From IMG/VR virus record IMGVR_UViG_3300029825_000004: a stretch of 64,000 bases of DNA, one strand, 5' to 3'. The notes beneath the pieces are model-generated. The model saw nothing but the letters and a program-made list of their open reading frames with translations, was not told the origin of the DNA and did not search any database. Below, piece by piece: positions 53,008-63,003 of this stretch; position 1 is the stretch's first letter, and every line of letters starts with the position of its first letter. Both the position numbers and the translations under genes were made by a program. The DNA comes from a virus.

Positions 53008-53337
53008 TTGACTAAACTCGACATTATAAATAAACTCGCTTCCCTGCCCGATCTGATTGAAGAGCAGGAGAAAGTTGTCATTGCCGCTTATCAGCAGGTG
53101 CAAGAGAGCAAGAGCATATTGACCGAAGCTGAGGACGTTTTATTCCTTAGCGGTCAGATTGACGGTAAAAATGCTGAAATCCGTGCTGCTCAGATGAGAG
53201 AAAACACGACAAGCGAGCGCGAGACAGTACAGAATGCCGAAAGAGTCTTAACCATTGAGCAGGTAAAAATAAACCGCTTGAACAACGAACTGGCGATATG
53301 CCGAGCCATTGCCTGGATGTTGAAGGGGGCTGAATAA
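53008..53337 (+). CDS. Coiled-coil protein of recombination module
   Basis: IDGKNAEIRAAQ motif, helical. Confidence 0.6.
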   Translation: MTKLDIINKLASLPDLIEEQEKVVIAAYQQVQESKSILTEAEDVLFLSGQIDGKNAEIRAAQMRENTTSERETVQNAERVLTIEQVKINRLNNELAICRAIAWMLKGAE

Positions 53338-53610
53338 GTGAAATTTGACCCAGATTTTTTAAGGGATAAGTTAGGTCTGCCCTTCACCGCAGTTGAAGAT
53401 AAAATAGTCGATAATTCTCGATGGTCTATCTATCATGAAATTATCTTTGAGTACGAAGGTAAATTTTATAAAACCCATTATTCTGTCGGGGCTACCGAAT
53501 GCCAAGATGAAAGCCCATGGGAATACGAGGATGAAGTTGATTGTACAGAAGTTGTCCAAAAGGAAGTTACTGTAACGGCATGGGCGCCTGTAGAGGAGGG
53601 GGCTGAATAA
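53338..53610 (+). CDS. Hypothetical acidic protein
   Basis: RWSIYHEIIF...GATECQDESPWE motif. Confidence 0.65.
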   Translation: MKFDPDFLRDKLGLPFTAVEDKIVDNSRWSIYHEIIFEYEGKFYKTHYSVGATECQDESPWEYEDEVDCTEVVQKEVTVTAWAPVEEGAE

Positions 53611-54608
53611 TGAGCGAAACAGCATTGGCGATAGCAAAAGACTATCCTGCCGATAAATATAATCTGCTTATCCCGGTTAAAACCATGCAGGAATTAAGCC
53701 CGCTTCATAAACTCGTAATTAACGAAGTTCAAATATCCCCGAACCTTAATGATAAGGATGTTTACAAGGAGAAAAATAGCGAACTAGCCTTAACTAAAAA
53801 AGCCTTAATGAAGCTCATGGCGGCGGCAAATATTCAGGTAATTAATAGTGAATCAGTCCCTACCCAGAAGTGCAACAAATGCATTGAGGTAGCACAACGA
53901 ACCAAGATGGCCCCGAAATGCTTTGAATGCCCATACCAAGATGATGTTGCTTGTCAAGTAACTATTGCCGTCCCTGAGCCAAGCGGAACATACAGAATTG
54001 TTAAAGCAACCAAAGAAATACGCATGGCTGATGCTGAAGGTTTAATGTCTGCTGCGCAATTCAAGCAGTTTAAGCCTTTTAGGACCGAGCAATGCGAGGC
54101 TAAGGCATTAAACAGAGCTTTGCGCCAAGGACTTATGCTTAAGTCCAGTTACAAAGAAAACGAGCTCAAAAAGCCTTTTGCCGTTGCGCTGGTAATGCCT
54201 AACATGAGCGACCCCGACTTAAAGCAGGCTATGATTGAGCGGTATGCTAATAATGTGAACACTTTGTATGGTGGACCGCAATTGTCTATTTCACCCGCTG
54301 GTCAGCCCCAAATATCTTTACCCGATTCACAGGTTGACGTTATCCCCCCGGAGGACGATGATATTGACTACGAAACCGGCGAAGTCATATCTGCCTATAC
54401 TGAGGTCATTGATATCACAGAGCCAGAGGACGAAGAGGTTTTGACTTGCGAAGAATGCGGAACCGAGCTTGCGCCAGTGACCGATAAGACAGGCAAGGAA
54501 TGGACTATTGCCGACCTTGTGGACCTGAGCATGGGGCATTTCAATAAGGTTCTATGCCCTGCTTGTTACAACAAGGAAAAGAAAGCCAAGAAAGCGGGTG
54601 GGAAGTGA
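53610..54608 (+). CDS. Putative single-strand annealing protein (RecT/Sak-like role) with C-terminal zinc finger
   Basis: EAKALNRALR motif, acidic linker, CEECG...LCPAC; precedes SbcCD. Confidence 0.55.
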   Translation: MSETALAIAKDYPADKYNLLIPVKTMQELSPLHKLVINEVQISPNLNDKDVYKEKNSELALTKKALMKLMAAANIQVINSESVPTQKCNKCIEVAQRTKMAPKCFECPYQDDVACQVTIAVPEPSGTYRIVKATKEIRMADAEGLMSAAQFKQFKPFRTEQCEAKALNRALRQGLMLKSSYKENELKKPFAVALVMPNMSDPDLKQAMIERYANNVNTLYGGPQLSISPAGQPQISLPDSQVDVIPPEDDDIDYETGEVISAYTEVIDITEPEDEEVLTCEECGTELAPVTDKTGKEWTIADLVDLSMGHFNKVLCPACYNKEKKAKKAGGK

Positions 54609-55261
54609 TGCCTCCATTAATTAACCTTACGGGACAACGATTTGGGAGACTTGTTGTCTTGGAAAGGGCAGGTAGTAAAAATAAAAGAACCACATGGTTA
54701 TGTCAATGTGATTGCGGGAATACGCATATTGCTACGAAAGACTATTTGCGCAGTGACACAACTCATAGTTGCGGATGTTCTGCAAAAGAAAGACGTCAAA
54801 GGGCATCACGTAAACATGGACTTTGGGGAATAAGGCTTTATCATATTTGGGACAACATGAAACGCAGATGCCAAAACCCGGACAATCCGGGTTTTTATCT
54901 TTATGGGGAAAGAGGCATTTGCCTTTGTTCTGAATGGAATGAGTTTCAGCCATTTTATGATTGGGCAATAGCAAATGGATATGATGATAGCTTACAGTTG
55001 GACAGAAGAAACAATCATAAAGGCTATTCGCCTGATAATTGTAGATGGGTAACCAGTACAGTCAATAACAGAAACAAAAGAAGCAATCGTCCCATTACTT
55101 TCAATGGCAAAACTAAAATATTAAAAGAATGGGCCGAATTTCTAGATATTAACTATAACACGCTTAGAAAGAGATTAGGTAAATGCGGGTGGAGTATAGA
55201 AAAGGCGTTTACCACGCCAATAGATAGGGGGAAAAGCCATGCGCGTCGGACATATAAGTGA
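54608..55261 (+). CDS. HNH-type homing endonuclease
   Basis: LTGQRFGRLVV...WLCQCDCG, YGERGI, LDRRNNHKGYSPDNCRW motifs. Confidence 0.85.
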   Translation: MPPLINLTGQRFGRLVVLERAGSKNKRTTWLCQCDCGNTHIATKDYLRSDTTHSCGCSAKERRQRASRKHGLWGIRLYHIWDNMKRRCQNPDNPGFYLYGERGICLCSEWNEFQPFYDWAIANGYDDSLQLDRRNNHKGYSPDNCRWVTSTVNNRNKRSNRPITFNGKTKILKEWAEFLDINYNTLRKRLGKCGWSIEKAFTTPIDRGKSHARRTYK

Positions 55262-56438
55262 TATTCATTTAGGGTGGAACTCTTATCCTGGCCCCACGCC
55301 ATCATCGCGCTTTATTGATATTAGTAAAATCTTAGACTGGACAGCCGAAAAACTAATAGAAGAAAAAGTGGATTGTGTGCTTTTGTGTGGCGATCTTTTC
55401 AAGGATGCAAAAGTCATGCTTGACCGAGCAAGTCAGGAGATAAAATCTGTGGTTCAATTCTTGCGACGTTTATCAGAAGCAGGTATAGAAACCATAGTCA
55501 TATCAGGAACCCCGTCGCATGATAGTCTGGCATCTTACGAACTTATCAAGGAAATGCAGATACCGAGAGTTATTATCTACACGCAACCTAATACAATTAC
55601 TCTACCAAAAAGTTTCCATCATATCTCTATCGCTTGTCTCCCCGGCCTCAATCGTTCTGCCCTGCTCACCCAGGATGAGTATAAAGGCCTGCCACCAGAG
55701 CAAGTCCACAGAATCATGACCGATAAGATAACCCAGCTCTGCATGGGTATGGCCGCTCAAATGCCCGATGATAAACCTAAAATCCTGATGGCGCATATGA
55801 CCTATCAGGGGGCAGATACGGGCTTCGCGGACTTATTAATGCAGCATGAGCCGATTCTTACCCGTGAAGCGGTTGCAGGCTTTGACCTTGTCTGCTTGGG
55901 GCATATTCATCGACCGCAGCAGATAGACGGTAAGGTATTCTATTCCGGTCCAGTTGAGCGACTATCCTTCAATGAAGAGGATATAAAACCGGGCTTTTGG
56001 ATTCATGAATTTGCCTCCCCAAGCTCTAGTGTTTTGTTTACTAGCAGGTTTATCGAAACCCCTGCCCGCCGATATAAGTCATTAAACTTTGACGAAGGAA
56101 GTATACAGGGATTAAATCAACACGGTATTCACTATTTTGGTTCTTGTATTGCCGACGATGTTAAAGATGCAATTGTTCGTCTCCGTTATACCTGCTCTGA
56201 GGAAACCGCCAAACAGCTGAACCGGAAAGCCCTGGAAAAAGCCCTGTATAATGCCGGGTGTTTCTATGTAGCCGAAATTAAGGCCGACATAGAGCGAGTG
56301 GACAGAGCGCGTGACAATACCGTAAACGAATCTTTAACCCCATTGCAAGCCCTAGAAAAGTGGTGCATTAACCAAGGGATAGGAGAATCAGATACTAAGG
56401 AGCTTGTCTCAATGGCAGGCGGATTAATGGAGGGCTGA
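55239..56438 (+). CDS. sbcD: SbcD/Mre11-like nuclease
   Basis: HISDIHLG, CGDLF, SHD, LGHIH motifs; next to SbcC. Confidence 0.88.
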   Translation: MRVGHISDIHLGWNSYPGPTPSSRFIDISKILDWTAEKLIEEKVDCVLLCGDLFKDAKVMLDRASQEIKSVVQFLRRLSEAGIETIVISGTPSHDSLASYELIKEMQIPRVIIYTQPNTITLPKSFHHISIACLPGLNRSALLTQDEYKGLPPEQVHRIMTDKITQLCMGMAAQMPDDKPKILMAHMTYQGADTGFADLLMQHEPILTREAVAGFDLVCLGHIHRPQQIDGKVFYSGPVERLSFNEEDIKPGFWIHEFASPSSSVLFTSRFIETPARRYKSLNFDEGSIQGLNQHGIHYFGSCIADDVKDAIVRLRYTCSEETAKQLNRKALEKALYNAGCFYVAEIKADIERVDRARDNTVNESLTPLQALEKWCINQGIGESDTKELVSMAGGLMEG

Positions 56439-56439
56439 G

Positions 56440-56688
56440 ATGGGTGCGGTTAATTTTTGGGACGACATAGAAAGTTCTTTAACATTTGGGCTGAGTGTAG
56501 AAGGAAGATTGGAGGGAATGCCAGATTGGTATAAAGAAAATCTATTAACCAGAATTAGAAGAGACATGATGCAATACTTATCCGAACACAAAGACCAAGA
56601 TTTTTTAATCAGGTATAGCGAAGAGCAAAGAGGTGGTAATTCCGCATTGTTTTTCAGAGTCACGCCTATCGGGGGTCCGTTATGTTAA
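56440..56688 (+). CDS. Hypothetical protein
   Basis: GGAGGG RBS, 82 aa. Confidence 0.55.
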   Translation: MGAVNFWDDIESSLTFGLSVEGRLEGMPDWYKENLLTRIRRDMMQYLSEHKDQDFLIRYSEEQRGGNSALFFRVTPIGGPLC

Positions 56689-56879
56689 TAGTCTGCAAAC
56701 AATGCGCCGCACGGAAAGATTGGCGCAAGTTGAGACATGAAAAATTAGCAGATCAGAACTGCGCTTGCGGCGGTAAATATACGATGCTTAACTGCTACCG
56801 AGAAGGTTGCACTTTTCTGCAGTTCAAGCAATGCGAACAAGCGGGGTACTGCAATAAGAGGAGGAATAGCGCAAGATGA
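56682..56879 (+). CDS. Small Cys-rich protein
   Basis: Several CxxC-like motifs. Confidence 0.5.
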   Translation: MLIVCKQCAARKDWRKLRHEKLADQNCACGGKYTMLNCYREGCTFLQFKQCEQAGYCNKRRNSAR

Positions 56880-57061
56880 AAAAAATAACGGCAGAATTTA
56901 CATTAAGCATTGGGTACACTACAGCAACACGTGAAGCCGAAGAAATTTTTGAATTTGATGATGATGCTACGGATGAAGAGATAGAAGATACACTTGAAGA
57001 TTATTGGAAAGAATGGGTTTGGAACTATATTAACGGTGGCTGGGACATAAAGGAGGAATAA
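56876..57061 (+). CDS. Small acidic protein
   Basis: EEIFEFDDDATDEEIEDTLEDYWKEW. Confidence 0.6.
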   Translation: MKKITAEFTLSIGYTTATREAEEIFEFDDDATDEEIEDTLEDYWKEWVWNYINGGWDIKEE

Positions 57062-57065
57062 CCCC

Positions 57066-59597
57066 TTGAATCTTTTACGTATAAATCTTAAAAACTTTTG
57101 TGCAGCCCAGTCAATCGAAATGGATTTGACCGGGCTTTCTCTTTGTTCAATTATCGGGAAAAACGGAGCCTCAAAAAGCACGATTTTTGCTTATGCCCCG
57201 TTCTTTGCCTTATTCGGAAAACCGCGTCCTGGTTGTAGTCTTGACGATATGGTTAGAACAGGTACGCAGGACATGAGCGTATCTGTTGACTTTGACCAAA
57301 ACGGGGAAGTTTATCAAGTCATTAGAACTCGAAACCTAAAGGGCAAAGGGAAATCAGCCTGCGAGTTTCAAAAAAAAACCGCTATGGGGTGGGAATCCTT
57401 AAGCGGAGCAACCATCAAGGAAACAGATGCTAAAATCCAAGCATTGCTTAACCTTGACGCCGATACCTTTTTGGCAAGCTCACTTATATTACAAGGTGAC
57501 GTTAGTAATTTCTCTCGCAAGCTACCGTCAGAGCGCAAGTCCGTTCTAACTTCGATTCTGGGGCTTGATGTTTACTCTACCCTACAAGACCAGGCTAAAG
57601 CCAAGGCAAAGGCCTTAGAGCTTAAACTAGAGGGCAATAAGCAGGAATTAGAACGGCTGAGCAATAGCCTGGAAAAGCTACCTGATATTGACACGGACTT
57701 GGCATTAATCAATCAGCAGATAACCCTTAAGGCGGTTGATATCAAAGCCAAAGAAACCGAGCTTGCCGACATTCAAACTGAAATCAAAGCACTCGAAGCC
57801 AAAGAGCAAGAAGCGAAGCAGATTCAGAGCCAGATTGAAGGACTTGAAAACGAAATAAGCGTTAAAAAAGCCGAGATAATCAGCCTTGAAAACCGCATAG
57901 ACAACGACCAAGCAATCCTGCAATCTGAACCGGAGATAATGCAGAAGGTACAAGAGCTAAACGAGCTAAGGCAACAGATACCAGCGCTTGAGGCGAAAGC
58001 TACCCGGTTGACTGAACTACAAACCGAACTCGACGGACTGGAAGATGAGGAAACAAAGCTCACAGACGAAGAGCACGCACTTGCTACTAAAATCTTTAAT
58101 CTTTTAGCCAAGCTATCCATTAAATCCGAACTCCAACAAGCAGTCAAACAGCATGACCAATTATCAGCAGAGCTAAAAGACTACGACATCAAGCAAGAGC
58201 GGTGTGCATCTTTGTCTGAAGAAATTCAGGTAGAAAAACGGCAAGTTGACTTGCTTAATACTCACATTGATACCCTGCAAACTGCGCTTGAAACGAACCA
58301 AAAGAAAACGGATATTCTGCTTAACTCCGGTTGCATAGACTCCGCAAAAGCCAACTGCAAGTTCCTGCAAGATGCGCAGAAATCGCGAAAGCGAATACCG
58401 GGTATCCAAACCGAAATAGAGCAGGTCGCCAAGGACCGAGAACCGTTAATCGAACAGGTAGGGGCTCTTGAGCGCGAAAGGGATGATTTAGGCTATGATA
58501 AGGCCTATCATGCCAACCTCAAAAGGCGGTTGGAATCACTACAGAAGAAGGTCGAGCAATATAATTCCCTTCAAGGTAAGGAAGAACTCCTGCACACTCT
58601 GCAAGGACAAAAAGACGGCATTGCCCAGCGAATCAATACAATTAACGATAAGGGCTTGAACCTGCAGGATGATATTCAAACTCTTAAAAACGAAACATCT
58701 TCCCTGTCCTCCTTTAAGGCTAAAATCAGCGAGCTAGAGCCTTGCGAGAAACAAGCAGAGCAGATACCGCAAGCTAAGGCTAATATCGAATCTGCAAGGG
58801 ATTCTATTGCCAAATTAGAAGCCGATATTTCCAGCAGATACCAGCAATGCGAATCTTTAAGGAAAAGGTACGGAGATTTGAGGAGCGAAACGGGGTATGC
58901 CTTGCCCGGGAAGATGATTGATGCCGAACGCATGAACGGCACTCTCAAGTCTATGCAATCCGATTTAAACGCTCTATTTGCCCGGCAGGGAGCTTTAAAG
59001 ACACAGTATGAAGGTTTACTGGCAGACCAGCAAAAACACGCTGAATTGAGCCAAATAATAGCCCCACAAGCGAAGGAGTTAACTAGATGGGAAACATTGG
59101 TCAGAGCCTTCAGCAAAAACGGCATTCCAGTTTTAATTCTTGAGAACGCCTTACCCGAACTTGAGAGAATCGCCAACGATATTCTAAGCCAGATGAGCAA
59201 CGGGCAGCATAGCCTTCAATTCATCACTCAAAGGGATGCCAAGAGCAAGGATAGCATGATTGAAACGCTTGATATTCTGGTTAGAGATTGGGCAGGCACA
59301 AGACCGTTTGAGTCCTTTAGCGGTGGAGAGCAGACACGAATTAGCTTAGCGATTAGGTTTGCTTTATCGGAATTACTAGCCAATAGAGCAGGTAGCAAAG
59401 TTGAGTTTATTGTTGGAGATGAGATACTTAGCGATCAATCGCCGGAGTTTAGGGAAATGACAATAGAAGCCATCAAGTCAATGGCAGGGCGATTCAAGAA
59501 GATTTTAATCATATCGCACATTCCGGAGATTCAAGGAGCTTTTGACCAACAGATAACCATATCGGAAGGTGGCAAAGTTGATGTGAGGTTTAACTAA
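57066..59597 (+). CDS. sbcC: SbcC/Rad50-like SMC ATPase
   Basis: GKNGASKS Walker A, coiled coils with central Cys pair, FSGGE signature, IVGDE Walker B. Confidence 0.92.
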   Translation: MNLLRINLKNFCAAQSIEMDLTGLSLCSIIGKNGASKSTIFAYAPFFALFGKPRPGCSLDDMVRTGTQDMSVSVDFDQNGEVYQVIRTRNLKGKGKSACEFQKKTAMGWESLSGATIKETDAKIQALLNLDADTFLASSLILQGDVSNFSRKLPSERKSVLTSILGLDVYSTLQDQAKAKAKALELKLEGNKQELERLSNSLEKLPDIDTDLALINQQITLKAVDIKAKETELADIQTEIKALEAKEQEAKQIQSQIEGLENEISVKKAEIISLENRIDNDQAILQSEPEIMQKVQELNELRQQIPALEAKATRLTELQTELDGLEDEETKLTDEEHALATKIFNLLAKLSIKSELQQAVKQHDQLSAELKDYDIKQERCASLSEEIQVEKRQVDLLNTHIDTLQTALETNQKKTDILLNSGCIDSAKANCKFLQDAQKSRKRIPGIQTEIEQVAKDREPLIEQVGALERERDDLGYDKAYHANLKRRLESLQKKVEQYNSLQGKEELLHTLQGQKDGIAQRINTINDKGLNLQDDIQTLKNETSSLSSFKAKISELEPCEKQAEQIPQAKANIESARDSIAKLEADISSRYQQCESLRKRYGDLRSETGYALPGKMIDAERMNGTLKSMQSDLNALFARQGALKTQYEGLLADQQKHAELSQIIAPQAKELTRWETLVRAFSKNGIPVLILENALPELERIANDILSQMSNGQHSLQFITQRDAKSKDSMIETLDILVRDWAGTRPFESFSGGEQTRISLAIRFALSELLANRAGSKVEFIVGDEILSDQSPEFREMTIEAIKSMAGRFKKILIISHIPEIQGAFDQQITISEGGKVDVRFN

Positions 59598-59613
59598 AGG
59601 AGGTTTAAAAGAA

Positions 59614-59778
59614 ATGGATAAAAAATTATTAAGGCTTGTGGAGTTAATTGAAATCTATGTGTCGGAGGATGTTTTAAGGGAAGAGTTCGAGGCCTTTGCG
59701 CAATATGACAGCAAAATAGAAACCATTGACGACTTAATAGAAGCAATGGAGGACGAAATGAGTTATTGGGGTGATTAA
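59614..59778 (+). CDS. Small highly acidic protein (54 aa)
   Basis: AAAGGAGG RBS; hand translation, very D/E-rich. Confidence 0.6.
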   Translation: MDKKLLRLVELIEIYVSEDVLREEFEAFAQYDSKIETIDDLIEAMEDEMSYWGD

Positions 59779-59784
59779 GGGAGC

Positions 59785-60300
59785 GTGAGAATGAGAATTA
59801 ACCAGCATTTTTATTTAACGGCATTATTACTTATTGCCCTGCTAACCGTAGCAGCCTTTAAATTGGCAGATAAGCCAGCAGTCAAGCCGGTTTTGAAGCC
59901 ACCCGATAAGGCGATAGAGCACAAGTCCATAGAGCCATCAAGAGGCGGTAGAATCCTGAAAATGGAGGCTACCGCCTATGATTTGTCAATCCAATGTTGC
60001 GGCAAAGCCTATGGACACCCAGCTCGCGGAATAACTGCAAGCGGTTATAACCTAAACAATATGACAAGAGAACAAGCAATGACGATAGGTTCTAATGACT
60101 TCCCTTTAGGGACGGAACTAGAGCTTGTTTTTGATGAACCTTACAGCCAATTTAACGGCATTTATACGGTTAGAGATACCGGCAACATGAAGCCTGGTGT
60201 CCTTGACGTTTTTGTCGGAGACTACGGCGAAGAAGTTAGCGAGGAGGCCGTGATATTTGGCAGGCAGACCGTGAAAGTAGAGATAGGAGGGCCGAAATGA
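59785..60300 (+). CDS. 3D-domain cell-wall protein with N-terminal membrane anchor
   Basis: SRGG..MEATAY, GITASG, VRDTG, LDVFV motifs. Confidence 0.85.
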   Translation: MRMRINQHFYLTALLLIALLTVAAFKLADKPAVKPVLKPPDKAIEHKSIEPSRGGRILKMEATAYDLSIQCCGKAYGHPARGITASGYNLNNMTREQAMTIGSNDFPLGTELELVFDEPYSQFNGIYTVRDTGNMKPGVLDVFVGDYGEEVSEEAVIFGRQTVKVEIGGPK

Positions 60301-60470
60301 AAAACAAAGATGAAATAGTTGAAATCTTAATGGGCTATTTTGACAGCGTTTATTGTGACAGTTGTGAACATGACGATAGTAGTCGTTGTGATGAATGCCA
60401 TAGGAAAGCCATGAATTGGGGAATATCAGAAGATTATGCAAAGAAAATTGCAGAAGAAATATCAAGGTAG
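60297..60470 (+). CDS. Small Cys-rich protein (57 aa)
   Basis: GGAGGG RBS; YCDSC...RCDECHRK. Confidence 0.55.
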   Translation: MKNKDEIVEILMGYFDSVYCDSCEHDDSSRCDECHRKAMNWGISEDYAKKIAEEISR

Positions 60471-60480
60471 GAGTGAGGAA

Positions 60481-60828
60481 ATGAAAACAAGCGAAATGAT
60501 AGCACTTCTTGAGAAGAATCCGAAGTTGAAATTTACGAGCAGCTTAAACGGGTTAACATTTACGGCATTTGTAAATGGACGCGAAGAAATTGAATTTACC
60601 AAGATGGCAGGAGCAATTGACTTGATGCGTGACTGGCAACTCGTCCGCGAACCCGTCCCGTGGCAGGAGGCGTTGCAGGCATGGGCAAATGGAAAAACCA
60701 TTGAATGCGTGCTTAACGAGAATCAAAAAGAAACATACTATTCCCCTGGTAAAACTTCCATTCTAGTCCTTACCCCATACAATATAATCAACGGTACTTG
60801 GTACATTCAGGATGATGCCGATGCCTAA
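60481..60828 (+). CDS. Hypothetical protein, paralogue A
   Basis: KTSEMIALLEKNPKLKFT...WQEALQAW..GKTI.C...GTWYI. Confidence 0.7.
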   Translation: MKTSEMIALLEKNPKLKFTSSLNGLTFTAFVNGREEIEFTKMAGAIDLMRDWQLVREPVPWQEALQAWANGKTIECVLNENQKETYYSPGKTSILVLTPYNIINGTWYIQDDADA

Positions 60829-61228
60829 TCTCAATCTCAAACCCTACATCATCTTGTTACTTCTACTTCTACTGACTGGTTTCGGAGTCCTCTATTATGC
60901 CGCAAATATTAGCAGAGAGCCAAGCCACCCGCCAGTTCCGGGGCAGACCGAACAAGTTGAAACAGCAGATCACCCTTTAACCATGCAAGCTGTAGCTTTT
61001 AACGCTTACGGAGTTGACGGAAACGGCATTGACTACGGCCCCGGGTATTGCATTATTTCAAGCTACAGCGATATTCCCCTCTATTCCCTATTGAAGATCG
61101 ACCAATACGGCGAAGGGCAAGTAATCGTTAAAAATGAGGGCCTTGAAAAGAACGAAATCCTACTATGGTACAACGCACCATCAAAAGTGGAGCTGTTCGG
61201 GCAGGCAGATCGTAAAAGTACAGTTTAA
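60812..61228 (+). CDS. Degenerate 3D-domain-like membrane protein
   Basis: N-terminal TM; MQAVAFN, IPLYSLLKIDQYGEG, ELFG pattern resembling 3D fold without the usual Asp motifs. Confidence 0.5.
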   Translation: MMPMPNLNLKPYIILLLLLLLTGFGVLYYAANISREPSHPPVPGQTEQVETADHPLTMQAVAFNAYGVDGNGIDYGPGYCIISSYSDIPLYSLLKIDQYGEGQVIVKNEGLEKNEILLWYNAPSKVELFGQADRKSTV

Positions 61229-61233
61229 GGAGT

Positions 61234-61632
61234 GTGATGACAATGACAAAAACCTACAAAACCAGTGAAATGATAGCCATGCTGGAGAAAAACCCAAAAC
61301 TGAAATTTACAACAATAAGAGGCGGCATTACCACTAGCCCTGTGCTTGTTTCAGAATCCGGTTACATCGTTTGGGAAAATGAGCAACATAACCCACCATA
61401 TAGCACTCCTGCGCTCAAACCGGATGACGAATGGCAACTTGTTTACCAAGCCGTCACTTGGCAGGAGGCGTTGCAGGCGTGGGATAAGGGCAAAACAATC
61501 AAGTGCGACATGGGGCCGGGGGAAGGCTCATTTACACTGAAACCGCTTGAGGAATCATACAGGACCGGGTCCACTTTTTGTGTGTACTGGCTTAAGGCTG
61601 GCACTTGGTATATTGAGGAACCTGGCGAATAA
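61234..61632 (+). CDS. Hypothetical protein, paralogue B
   Basis: Same terminal motifs as 60481-60828. Confidence 0.7.
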   Translation: MMTMTKTYKTSEMIAMLEKNPKLKFTTIRGGITTSPVLVSESGYIVWENEQHNPPYSTPALKPDDEWQLVYQAVTWQEALQAWDKGKTIKCDMGPGEGSFTLKPLEESYRTGSTFCVYWLKAGTWYIEEPGE

Positions 61633-61686
61633 AAAGACCTAGCAAACCGCTATTGAGCGGTTAATTTATTTTAAGGAGGCAAAATA

Positions 61687-63003
61687 ATGGAATTAACGAG
61701 AGAAGAAGCGATAAGGAACTTCCGGGAACATTGGGCATCATTGGCAATAACAGGAATGAGCGATAAAGCAGATTATTTAAGGCGCAACGGTTATCCTGAA
61801 ATTGCATTTAACTGTTTCCTTTGTGAATTTACCAATTCCACATGCTCTAAATGCCCTATTGATTGGCCTCAAATTCGTCTAGCAAAGAATTATTCTGGTC
61901 TTTGCTTAAAATCGTACTATAGCAAATGGGATGAAGCCGATACCCCCGAAGAACGCAAACGCATTGCTGCTATAATAAGAGACTTGCCGGAGAAGAAAGA
62001 AGAACCAAAGCCAGACTTCAAAGTCGGCGATTGGGTGGAAGTTATAAATAATTATTGCGCCTTTACTTCCTATTTCTCTTTTTTTAAAGAAAATAAATTA
62101 GAACAATTTGCTAATCAATATGCTGCTTCTGCCCCTCAAGATGGAGAGAAATATAAAATAATTGCCATTGGTAAACATAGTGAGTGCCCTGACCTTTATG
62201 GGCCGCTTTACGTTCTGGGAAAAGGTGATAAGGTTTATATTGTTAACGGTCATACTACTCCCATGGAACCAGCCTTAAAACTTGCAGAGCCGCCGAAAAT
62301 CGAGCCTAAATTCAAGGAAGGCGATAAGGTTGTGCCGATAAGTAAAACAGTGCCGGGGTGGGGAGACAAGGCTCCCAATTGGAATATTCGTGGGGGCAAA
62401 GAACAAGGATTTCTTTATGTAAGGCGCATTGATTCAGAGTTGACCGGAGAACACAAGGCAACCGTTTATGTTTGCGGTGCACCCGAAGAAGATATGGGGG
62501 GAGATTTTTATTTTGAATCAGACCTCACCACCTATATAGAAACTTTATCACCCAAATTCAAACCTGGCGATAAGGTAAAAATTAAAAGCGTTGAGGAAAT
62601 GGAGACCATTCGGGATGCTGGTCCTGTTTGTGGTGGCCTTAGTTCTGAAATGTTTTCTTATGCCGGCAAGGTTTTAGAGATTAAAGACGGCCCCGAGACT
62701 CGCGATAACTTAATTGGCTATCATGTAAAAACAAATGGATTTATTTGGGATGAGCGTTTTCTTGAACCCTTTCCTATTAACCACTGCCCCGAGAATAAAA
62801 TTATCAAGGACGGGCCAACGACCTTCATCTTCAATGGCCCCGTAACCACTTGCATCATAGAATTTGCCGACACCAAGTTTAAGGGCACAGCCAAATGCAA
62901 TCCCAGCGACAAATGGGATGAAAAAACAGGCAAGATTTTAGCTATGGCTAGAGCCCTGCGCCCACTCCTTGATGCTATTGAGAAAGGGCTAAGGCAATGC
63001 TAA
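61687..63003 (+). CDS. Modular hypothetical protein with three (F)KxGD(K/W)V KOW/SH3-like modules
   Basis: FKVGDWV, FKEGDKV, FKPGDKV; Cys-rich N-terminus; GTAKCNP.D C-terminus. Confidence 0.7.
   Translation: MELTREEAIRNFREHWASLAITGMSDKADYLRRNGYPEIAFNCFLCEFTNSTCSKCPIDWPQIRLAKNYSGLCLKSYYSKWDEADTPEERKRIAAIIRDLPEKKEEPKPDFKVGDWVEVINNYCAFTSYFSFFKENKLEQFANQYAASAPQDGEKYKIIAIGKHSECPDLYGPLYVLGKGDKVYIVNGHTTPMEPALKLAEPPKIEPKFKEGDKVVPISKTVPGWGDKAPNWNIRGGKEQGFLYVRRIDSELTGEHKATVYVCGAPEEDMGGDFYFESDLTTYIETLSPKFKPGDKVKIKSVEEMETIRDAGPVCGGLSSEMFSYAGKVLEIKDGPETRDNLIGYHVKTNGFIWDERFLEPFPINHCPENKIIKDGPTTFIFNGPVTTCIIEFADTKFKGTAKCNPSDKWDEKTGKILAMARALRPLLDAIEKGLRQC

Noticed and set aside
60481-61632. Possible diversity-generating retroelement TR/VR pair
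   Set aside because: No reverse transcriptase in the window, and differences between the paralogues are not adenine-specific; ordinary duplication.
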